NCBI GenBank assembly: GCA_051362555.1
Contig: CM120648.1
Coordinates: 18,844,587 to 18,908,586 of the forward strand
Direction of reading: 5' to 3'
Origin: Lingula anatina
Taxonomy: Eukaryota; Animalia; Brachiopoda
Length of the DNA stretch: 64,000 nucleotides
A program made the translations under genes and the position numbers. Below are positions 27,901 through 39,900 of this stretch, one piece after another (position 1 is the stretch's first letter; the number at the start of each line of letters is the position of its first letter). Under the pieces are notes generated by a model, which did no database searches, had not been told where the DNA came from, and saw only the letters and a program-made list of their open reading frames with translations.

Positions 27901-30900
27901 GTTATTTCATCGTCTGACCATCCGTCTTCTAAGGAAGTATAAAGCTCAGCAATATAAAAATAACATCCCAGTTGTCGGGTTTGACAGCGCCTCCTTCCGC
28001 CTGGCTGATAAACAGTCGGTGCTGCATCTCGCCATTGAAAATAAGGCCATGAAGTTGTTTATAACTAACGCCACTGGACTCCCTCCAAGGACTCGCGTGT
28101 ATTCAGAAGCAAGAAAAACAGTTGAAAACGAGTTGACAGTCCTTCGGGATACATACTGCCCCAGGATGTATTTTGGCTACAGCATCAGGTTAACAAATGA
28201 CGGACCCAATATTCCAATAAATGCACATGACGTCCAAACAGCCGATTCCATATGTGCGTATGTAGAGAACTCTGAAGTGTCGGTAGATTTAAGGCCATAT
28301 CGCGTTTGGTTTTCTGGTAAGCAGTTTGAAATATCACGTAGTGTTGTTGTGAATAGACATTAGGCCCTATGCTATTTTAACATAGAACATGCATTCCGTG
28401 TTAATTGGTTCACAGATCTTAACATTTTAAAAGATCCCTGATTACACAGCATGTAATATCTGAAACCAGATACCATTTGAAAATTTAGGTTTGATTAGTT
28501 TTAATTTTCAAAATAATTTATCGGGAAAAATATATTAAGGATATTTCTGTTTTGTACATATATTTTTGAAAATATTGATTTTTTACACAAACACTAATGA
28601 CATACAATGTTAGTTATTTCTTATGAATACTCAATTGTATATGCAATAGACTAAAAAATGCTCAATTAGAAATTAATGGGAAAATTTATATTAATCTACC
28701 CTTCTTAAATGAACTATGTACTTGTTTGTAACATTTTTATTAGAAACAAAAGGCAAGATATCGTATTCAGATTTTACTCAAACATGTTATGAATTAGCAA
28801 CCTGTGATATCAAGTCATTAGAAACATGTCAGTGAGAGATAAAACCAAAATTAACAATCATTTCGGAATGACACTTGGATTTTGAAAGGAAAAGTATGGC
28901 GTATGATAGGACATAAAGTATTTTGATGGGGCCCTAGAGGCCAAGTGCCAATATATAATATACATAAGACCAATCTTACCATTTTAGCAGCCCCAGAGAA
29001 TCAAGACCGTCGTGCAGCCAAGTGTCCTGAAAACGAGGCAAGTTATGAGCTTTTAAATACGTTTGTGTCTTAGTACTGCGCAGCAAACACAGAACGTTAT
29101 TATAATGTTACCATATCATATGTCCAAAAACATTTTGGTAACATTATAGTAAAGTTCTGTGTTTGCTGACCATTATCCTCACTTGCACAAGTTTTAGTAA
29201 GACCATGAAATTAAATGTACTCGTATATACACAATCGTAAGAAAAATTGGATACACTTAGGCATAAATGCGCACTTTTCACTCTGTTACACTTGCTATAC
29301 GACCTCTGATATTTCTAATGATAAATTTCACATAAAGACAGTGTATGTGTGCGTTTCAGTACAAGAACGATTCCGAACCAAGAGGTCGTGCACTCATTAT
29401 CAACAACAAGACATTTTCCGTGGACTGGCTTCGAGAACGTGATGGTACCGAGGTAGATGTTGTTGCCTTGAGGAAACTATTCCGTTACCTCCATTATGAG
29501 ACAGACGTTATCAGTAACCTGACTGCAAATGTGAGTTCATTAATAAGATCATGGTGTGTTTGTAATAAAACGAACATCGTAAAAGCCAAATGGCTTTTAG
29601 GTTTCAAAGACTAACATACTTTTTGGTGATATCTAAATATATTTATCAGTGACACAAAGATGATACAATTGATACTTGAACCTTTTGGTTCAAAACAGGT
29701 GTTGTCAAACAAACTTTTCGGTCACATTTTATTATGTTTATCTATTTCACTGCAGTATATTTTTCTACTAAAATGAAGCTTTTCACTCGTTTCTGTTCAT
29801 TGCATGTATTTGTATTTATATGAGAGACGTATGGTACACTGTATAGGTATACAACATTGGTCAAAAAGGTTGTCCCACCCCTATTTCCATGTACTAATAT
29901 TTACAAATGATCACCTTACAGCTGTAAATTGTTAGAAATAGTGCTTTTTATTACGGATACCGTGTCTAACGTGATTAATGGTTTTAAAAATACAAAATAG
30001 TGGTGAAAATATACATATTTTATACCATTTAGTAAAATTTATAAGAGGTACCCCCTCAAATTGACTGTTTCACTGTGACTTCTACAGATGTAAAGAAATG
30101 TCTATAAAATTGAAAAGACGCCATCAAATGTCACCAAATTCACAGACAATTAGCATTAGGGTATGCTCGTTAAAGGTCACTTGCCTAACAGCGTGTGCGT
30201 CTACCGCGTACTGCAATTATCTCCTGTAGATGGCGCAACAAGCCTTCAACACAGGTTACAATTCTGCTTTGTGGGATATTGTCCGATTCTTCTTAAACAA
30301 GATGGGGGATTTGGCCCAGGTTTTTATGGGGTTGGTTCTCCTTTGCATTGCACACTCCAATTCATGTCACAGTTGATTAGTAAGTTTAATATCAGGGCTC
30401 AAAGATGGTGGTTCCATCCTTAGACCATTGTGTTTCTTCAACAAAAGCCAGGCGAGGGGTGTGAGCAAGTGTGTAGTCATGATAAAGCCTGAAGTTAACC
30501 CTAAAGTCAGTTCTTGAAGATGGAATGAGATATCAGCTGAGAATGCTACGTTCAGTGATCCCACAGGCACCTGAACCTGGTCATCCATCACTGGAAGGAA
30601 GTCGATTTTGATGCAGAATTAAATTATTGTACCACCAGCGTTAGCGCTGGAAGTACACATGGTTTCGGTCCCGTCCGGATCGTTCCGCCGGCTCCGCCGT
30701 CTCCGCCGGATGGCTACCGTTACCGCTTCTCCTCCTAGACGGTAAGGGCCCCCGTACCCATCTCATGGATTTAGGTCACCTATAATCTCAACTCGTTCCA
30801 CGTAAAATTTGGGCTTTGTCGGTATTGGGGTCTGGGTGTGGCACTCATTGCAATGCACCCTTGTCTAAAAATGGCAAAATTAAATGCTAATTATCTACCC

Positions 30901-33900
30901 TACGGAAGGAGTTATGGGAAAAATTTCTATAGACGGCTTTCCAAAAGTCATATGTGTAGATTTCAAATATACCCTTGGATTTGACCTTTGACCTTTACTT
31001 CAAGGTCAAATGGGCCAAAATTTTCAAAAAAATGAAATTTTTTACGAAAAAAAATTTTTTTGCCCTGTTATTCAGACACCACACAGACTTAACCAATAAT
31101 ATTATTGGAAAGTGTTACCCTTCAGGTCATCTTTCATCTCCATGAATTTGGGGTCAATCGGTGTATTTTCACGGGAGTAGCGGCCATAAGATACCGAAAC
31201 TGAAAACTGTCTCTAATTCGGGAACCGTTAATGCTAGAGACCCATTCTTTTTTGCATTTTGTAGAGCATGTAAAGCCCAACACTGCATGTGGTCTCGGTT
31301 TTTTTGTATTCCATACGGTTTTCGAGTTACGCTGTATCAAAAAGTACATATTGGTGGTGAAAGCAAAATGTGCAGTATGGTAATGGATAATAAATTTTGA
31401 ACTCTGGAAAAATAAAACATAAGGCTTGGCAAAGCAGACAACTTGTGTTCAAAAATGACATTATTTCATCAAATTTGAACTTCTGAAACTGAAACTGAAT
31501 TTTGCAAATTTTGCTTTCCTTTTATCTCCAAAACTGGCTGAGATAGGTCCGTAGTTACTATTGAACTTGAATAGGAAGTCATATACTGGCAATCTAAATG
31601 TGACCTTAAAATTGACCTTTGACCTACTTTTCACCATAAACTGAACTTTGCAAATTTTGCTTCCCTTTTATCTCAAAAACTGGCAGAGATAAGTCCATAG
31701 TTACTATTGAACTTGAATAGGAAGTCATATACTGGCAATCTAAATGTGACCTTGAAATTGACCTTTGACCTACTTTTCACCATGAACTGAACTTTGCAAA
31801 ATTTGCTTCCCTTTTATCTCCAAAACTGGCAGAGATAGGTCCATAGTTACTATTGAACTTGAATAGGAAGTCATATACTGGCAATCTAAATGTGACCTTG
31901 ACATTGACCTTTGACCTACTTTACACCATGAACTGAATTTTGCAAATTTTGCTTTCCTTTTATCTCCAAAACTGGCTGAGATAGGTCCGTAGTTACTATT
32001 GAACTTGAATAGGAAGTCATATACTGGCAATCTAAATGTGACCTTAAAATTGACCTTTGACCTACTTTTCACCATAAACTGAACTTTGCAAATTTTGCTT
32101 CCCTTTTATCTCAAAAACTGGCAGAGATAAGTCCATAGTTACTATTGAACTTGAATAGGAAGTCATATACTGGCAATCTAAATGTGACCTTGAAATTGAC
32201 CTTTGACCTACTTTTCACCATGAACTGAACTTTGCAAAATTTGCTTCCCTTTTATCTCCAAAACTGGCAGAGATAGGTCCATAGTTACTATTGAACTTGA
32301 ATAGGAAGTCATATACTGGCAATCTAAATGTGACCTTGACATTGACCTTTGACCTACTTTTCACCATGAACTGAATTTTGCAAATTTTGCTTCCCTTTTA
32401 TCTCCAAAACTGGCTGAGATAGGTCCATAGTTACTATTGAAGTTGAATAGGAAGTCCTATACTGGCAATCTAAGTGTGACCTTGAAATTGACCTTTGACC
32501 TACTTTTTATCATGAACTGAACTCTGCTAATTTCTTTCTCTTTTAACTTCAAACTTGACAGAGATAGGTCCATAGTTACTCTTGAACTTGAATAGGAAGT
32601 CATATACTGGCAATTTACTGTGACCTTGAAATTGACCCTTGACCTACCTTACGAAGAACTTAAATTTGATTGTACCATATATATTTTTTGCAATAGTTTA
32701 AAAATTCTTGTTGATTGCATTTTTACAGCTTGTCAAGCACAAAACTGGTGGCTGTGTCCCTTATTTTATGTATGTTGGGGTCTATACGAATGCGCTTGCT
32801 CCAGCTGGTGGTACAATATTCGGAGGCGGTATCGCCTCTCTGATCCTCTAGTTTCTTGTATCCCATCGATGGTCAAAAAGGGTCCATAGACATGTTATAA
32901 AATGTCTCTCGGAAGGGTGTGTGTAGGGTAATATCGCCTGAGGTGTCAGATCAATCCGCATTTGGAGAACATTCCAAGCCCATGATATTAGTACATTGTT
33001 CCTTTTGGAACAAAACGTAACAGGGGCATTTCAATGTAACATTCTCAACAGAAATCTCTATTTGCAAGAGGTGACTTCAGGGATGCTACTGGCCCCATTA
33101 TGACAAGCACTTGCTCACAGCTCTCGTCTGGCAAACGATTTGTTGCAGAAACACAGGGCTCTGAGAATGGGACAACCGTCTTTGATTCCGGATATTTATC
33201 CTACTGAGCACCTGTGGCATAAATTGGAATGTGCATTGCAGAGGAGAACCAATTCCTAAATAATCTTGACCAATTCCGCCACGCTCTTTAGGCGGAATGG
33301 GACAATATCCCACATAACAGAATTGTTGCCCATGTTGAAGGCTTGTCGCGCCATCTACAGGAGATAATTGCAGTACGCGGTAGACGCACACGCTGTTAGC
33401 ATGTGATCTTTAACGAGCGCACCCTAATGCTAATTGTGTGTGAATTTGGTGACATTTGATGGCGTCTTTTCAATTTTATAGACATTTCTTTACATCTGTA
33501 GAAATGACAGTGAAACAGTCGAATTGTGGGGTACCTCTTATAAATTTAACTAACACTCAAAGTCAATAAAACAGTGCAATTGCACTTTGAAAAATGTGCT
33601 CATATGACCAACCCCACATAATGTTCATCTCTTAGGAAAACATAGTCCCATAGCTCGGGAACACTGTCCAGAAACGGTTTCAACATTACTCTTTCCGTAT
33701 TTTAACAATCGAGCTTTAAAATATGGCAGTTTTTTTGCCCTTTTTTCACAATGTAACATTCATGACCATGTCAAGGCTGTCTCTATATAGTGGATAAATT
33801 ATTTCTTCTTTTAGCTTAACTCAAAAACTTCTTTTTTTCTTGAAGCTTGTATATTTGTTTCACAAAACAAACCTTCAAATGAGCATGACATTTTATTTTT

Positions 33901-36900
33901 TTCATTTATAACTCACAACAATAATCAATGAAAAACAATAAACACGTAAAAATAGAAATTCAAACAAAATGACTAGAATTAAATATCAATATCTTTGATG
34001 TATAATGTTTTAACTTAAAAAAAAAACAATATTTGTTTTTCATACAAATATTTAAGAGAAATAAAATGATTTGATTTCACAAATTTACATTGTCTTCTTC
34101 ATTTTTGGACGAAAAAATTAAAAGGTAGGAAAAGTAACGTATGTTTCATACATCAAGTAATAATGCCTCAATTTTACAGAATGGTTTTAGTAATTCAGTC
34201 TATCAAGTCATTGATTTGCTTTACACTTATTGTTCATATTTAGAACATTTTATATGTCAAATCACATTTTCTAACAATTCCTGGTGGTCTTATTCTTACT
34301 TTTTGAACATAAGTACACTATTTATGTTGAGTTATCCTTTTTATTATAATCACTGTGGAAGAAAAGAATAAACAAAAGTAATTTCACATTGTTAACAAAC
34401 AAACCTGAGTTACTCAGAATCTTTTAAACTAACATGGTGATGATGATGCATATAAAATCTCTCAATTATATACTAAGAAAGTCTGTAACGTATGTTACTT
34501 AATTTAGCAATGGATCTTTTCTGCATTAAATTGCCAACATGAAAATGATGTCACAGGAAAACATGACGAATTTCAATTAAACACTCCATTGCTTAATGGA
34601 GGAAACATTAAACATAACCATCATAAAAACATCATAAAACCTGTTCCTTACTCCCTTCATAAAAATCAAAGTTACGTATGTTACACATGATGAAATATGA
34701 TGCTCAATTATGCCTGAATTTACTCTCAACCAATTTCACATCCCGCTTACTGAATTTGAACATTCTTTTTGTTTTTTCCTTTTTTCCGGGCTGCATTGTA
34801 CTGTTGTCGTCGCAGACGTAAAATGCTGTTACCTGTCTCCTGAATTTGTATGCTGTTCGTTTTCTAATCTCTGCTGTGTCAATACCTTTACGTATTATAT
34901 TAGATATTAGATTTCTGTTTATCTTTGCTGACTTGCTAAAATGTGAAATACATCTGTACTTTTTTAACAGTTTTCCAGCAAAACTACCATACAATTGCAT
35001 CTTCTTTGCATTGCTTGTTGTTACATGCTTGAATTTTGAAGCCTCAGCCGTGATGACGTTTGTTAGCAGTAGTTGTTTTCTAACTCTTTTGCCCCCAAAA
35101 CCCTTTGATTTTAGAAAGAGTCTCTTTGTATTACTTCTAGGTGTGTTTGGACATGCTGGTATATTCATCTTTCTTTTTATTCTCTGCATCTTCCTTTGAA
35201 CGCATTTTACTTTCTTTTTTAGACCTTCATTTTCCTTTTTCAAAGATTTTAACTTGTCTCTGCTTTTTCTCAATGCTTTGCTTAGCCTCTTTCTGGGTCC
35301 GTTTCTACGATTCGGTAACCTTACTATGAGTCCAGTGCTATGGTCACTTTGCATTGTTTCATAACCACTGGTATCATTTGTGGACTCTACAGGGTTTGGA
35401 ACATCGATTGCAGCATTTTCAACGTTTTTCTTCTGCCTGCACTTTCTTACCCGCTCCTTTACTTCATCTCTTCTTTTTGACCTCTTTCTTTCTGTTAAAG
35501 TTCCTATTGGGACGTAATTTCTCTTTTGCCGTGCCCTCTCTTTGGCAAGGTATGTTTCCCTCTCGTTTCTTTTCTTCCTCTCCCTATAATTCTTTTGGAT
35601 TTCTGCTCTTGAAAGCGGCATCTTGACCTAAAATGGTAGAAGAAAAGATGATAGAAGAACATACATTACCAGACCAACGGGAATGTATGTTGTACAATAA
35701 CACTAAGCCATATCTTACTTTTAGCTTGTTTTTACTCATTTTCATGATAAGTATATGCAATCCATCCTTTTCTAACCAAATATCCAATATTTCAGGAAGA
35801 AAAAAAAATATCGAAAAAAATATTGTTCAATTAATATTATTCTTTATTGTATAAATTCTTCCTCATGCTTTCTCCCATTTAGTTCTTATAATTTTTCCTA
35901 CTAATGGACTAAGTTTAATTGATGAACTGACTCCCAATCTCAGATACTACAGGAATTCAAGGTTTCTTATCTTTTTATTGTTCAATATATACTAAGAAAT
36001 CTAGCTATAACTAGAGTAACATACGTTACCAAAAGTAACGTATGTTACTTTCACTGAATGCCCTACAATTCCAAGAAGAAAAACATTTCAAGCTAATGAA
36101 ATAAGTTTGTCTTGCAAGCACTTCTCCAAACTAATCTACATATGAAATGTTTCTTTTCAGAAAGATTGATATAATATTTTTGAAACTCAAATAATAGTGG
36201 TACTTACCTTAGAATATGGAAGAGTATTTCTAGGTTTTCCTTCTATGAATGCATGTTGTATTTAGTGGCTGAGAAACAGCATGGCGTCTTCAACTCATGT
36301 GACTAATCATGTGATCACAGATAAGGGGGAAAGGGTTTTACAAGGAATAATTTGAAAATGTAGGTAACGCATGTTACATCACGTATGTTACAAATCAGCT
36401 TTGACTATCAAATTGTGCCAAGATCTGAGACACTTTTTCTGACTTGTTGATATATTTTCTTCATTCATCAGCAAATACTGAAATTATGAAAGAAGCCATC
36501 GTATACTGTAAGCACTCAAATTATATGATAGGTAACGTATGTTACATCCTTAAATGACCAAACAATTTCAGGGTGAAAATCCTTTTTGTTTTCAGATAAC
36601 CTTTATTGGAGTGAAAGTTTTGATTATTCCTATATATGATAACATTTTCTATTCATCATAAATAAATGTAGCTGCTTATAAATGTATCGCACGGCAATTT
36701 ACTACTTTGTTTTAAATATAAGGTACTGAAAATTAAAAAATTGGTGACATTTTTCTACCAAATAAAAGCAAAACTTAATATGCTTCGATGGAAAAACAAA
36801 TTAGCATAAAAAGTTGGATATACATCACCTTTCAATATAATAAACAAATTACCAGGGTTTTCAGCCTTTATAACTCGTTTTATATATGTTGAAGACTAAA

Positions 36901-39900
36901 AATTAGAAAAGCGTCAGTAACGTATGTTACAAAAACGGGGGTTTAAGCAGGTACATCATGAAAATGACTTAACTAAACCCGACTTTTGCAATATGGCCAA
37001 TAAGGTCAGTAATCTCACTAAGTCATAATATAGTGAAATGCCCCATATCTTGTGTCTTTTAAACGTGGGAAGGTGACACCCCCATTTGCACTGTTTTATT
37101 GATTTTGAGTGTAAATGGTATAAAATGTGTATATTTTCACCACTATTTTGTTTTTTTTTTTTAACCATGAATCATCTTAGACACGGTATCCGTAATAAAA
37201 AGCACTATTTCTAACAGTTCACAGCTGTGAGGTGATCATTTGTAAATAAAAGTACATGGAAATGGGGGTGGGACAACCTTTTGACCAATGTTGTATACAA
37301 ACAGACATGGCGTACAATCTACAAATATACCACCATATGTCCGTCCTCGGTGGCTACTGCCTTTCACATTCTCTGTTAGCGTCAAGTATGAATTGATGCT
37401 GCCATTTTGCTTTACGCTGTCGTTGATAACCCAATTCCGTACGTACCACGTCTCTGCAGTCATTGCATGCTATTTCTTTTGAAGTACACTATGTTTTTAT
37501 GTCACTTCTTCTTTTATTTTAATGTGTAAAGGAAATGAAGGAAGAAATAGAACAAGAAAGTCAAAGAGACGATCACAAGATCTACGATTCTTTCATCTTG
37601 TTTCTACTGAGCCATGGTACCGAGGGTGCTGTTTATGGAACGGATGGCTATCCTTTACCCTTCAAATATATCAAAGCCATTTTGAATAACAGGAACTGTC
37701 TTGGCCTGTCGGGCAAACCGAAAATGATATTTATTCAGGCTTGCCAGGGAAGTAAGTTATGGAATGTATTACACAAGCTTGAATACCTGCGATGAAAATA
37801 ACATGCAAAACTATTAAACAAATGTATTGAGATATTAAACTGTATTAACAGTTTGTCTCCTTTAAATTATATTCAGCCACACGAAATGAATGACGCTTAG
37901 TATTATGTAATTGTTTAATTAGTTAATACTGATATCAATTCTAACTTATATGTAAACATGTAATTCACATAAGGGTGTATGGGGTATTTCATTTTTTTTC
38001 CATATTCGCCCAGAGATATTGGACAGTGGGACACTCCTGGACGGACAAACAGTTCAACAACCACAGCAAGCACCACCTGCAGCAAACCTTGGTGATGAGG
38101 TACCCGATGCGCCACACGAGATTCCAAAGCCATCCAATGATCCGACGATGTCCGATTTTCTCGAAGTCCATGCAACTTCACCAGGTACTTTAACCGTGTT
38201 TCTTTGTATGCCATTTTACTTAGGCCTTACAAATGTGTTTTTCATCAGAAAAAAAAATCAAAATGATAAGGTGCACGTGGTGATGCTGGGATTATGGCAT
38301 TGTGCCTCAGGTAGAAGATGGTGTGCATTTTGTGGTCTTTCGACATATTGTGGAGAACTGTATTGTACGTGTATACTTTAAAATGCGCACTACATTACTG
38401 CACCAGTAAATACTGAAAATGGTGCATGTATTTTTATACAGTATCAAATAAAATATATGTGCCAAATTTAATTAAAATGTACGTACATTTTTGCCATAAT
38501 GCTTTTAAAAATGCGTTCACGATCACTACGAAAAATGAAAGTGTGTCGAGACGTTACCTTATTGTATTTGGGAAGCTGTCAGACGATTTCTTTCGATAAA
38601 AAAGACTTGGTAGCTTATGCAAATGTTGAGAAAAAAAACATGCCGATTATGGAAAATTCATATATCAAAATTTAAACTATGTATTTCGACAGATTTTAAT
38701 TTAATTTAATTTAAAAATCGCGATAGTGTATTTCTGACATTGAATTCTCAGTGTGCACAAAGTGTAGGCATCGAAGGCATTCATGAATGTCGACACGTTT
38801 GATTCTTTGAATCAGACGCTTCATGTACTTGATAGCGCAGAGGCATGCCAGGGAAAACAGAGGAAGAAAAGCAAGTTCTGGTTTTTCTTGATTGAAGGCT
38901 TTGATTTGTTGAAGGGCAATTCCGTATAGCCTGGTTTCCAAAGATCGTGTCGCAGGCATATCAGCAAAACAAAATGCATCGCCAAGGACCCGAATGCCAT
39001 GGCAAAATGTTTTAAGTTTACTTTGTTATTTTGATACAAATAAGCTTCTGGTTGACATAGATTTGACTGGTCCTCAACTTTCCATGCTGCACTGTGCCTG
39101 ACCGAAAAAAAACCCCTTAAAATGAGTAGTGATTCAGTGTTCCAATCATGCCTGTGACGGCTAGAAATGTGACCCATATTATTTGCCTTTTGGAGATCAT
39201 TTCAGGTCGGTTCACTGTAACACTATCGGCAAATAAACTTTACTAATAGTTCCTCGATCTATGAGATTTATGAAATTTGCTTTTCCGCACTCTCAGTGAC
39301 ACTAAGTACTGTTATATTAACAAAATAAAAATAAACAGTACTGTTGCATCTACGAGTAAATAATTCGTTAAGGCTTCAGTATTTTCTGTTTCAGAATACG
39401 TATCTTGGCGACACACGGGAAAGGGAACATGGTTTGTTCAATCCATTGTCGATACATTTTATCGTGAAGCACACAAATATGACGTTTTACAAATGTTGGT
39501 GAATGTAAGTACTGAAATAACCTGAACTACATTATTTTGCATTGAAAGTGTGTTAAATTCATTAGAACACCAATCAAATATAAAACATAGCTGCCAGAAG
39601 AAGTGACATGTCGTAAGAGGTGACTTATGTAAATACAGTCCAACATGCACAGACTTTTTAAGAACCAGCGAAATGCTTTTCTGTATATTTTGACAGTTTA
39701 ATCAGAACTGTTCACTTCATGTTATATTTTATTTCACCAGGTCAATCACGCGATCTCTCAAAAGCAAACAACAATGGGCAATAAACAGGCACCAGAGATA
39801 GTTACCAGCTTACGAAAGAAAGTTTTCTTCAACATAACTCCAGGTAAGCAAAAAGAGTCACATCTTCCCGAGGTGTATTCGGCCGAATAATAAAGACCTG

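Larger units (their letters stand above)
29852..37293. mobile_element. Tc1/mariner-derived foldback element (two inverted 3' ends) with two nested insertions
   Basis: TA-CAACATTGGTCAAAA...TTTTGACCAATGTTG-TA. Left arm ~29852-30480 is the reverse complement of ~33100-33553 plus 37115-37293. The arms encode a degenerate Tc1 transposase C-terminus (PDIYPTEHLW, EWDNIP, IIAVRG). Confidence 0.8.

Noticed and set aside
20775-32075. Recurrent short minus-strand ORFs (MTSYSTSIVTMDLSL..., KVTFRLPVYDF...)
   Set aside because: Chance translations of the 146-bp satellite in HINE elements.
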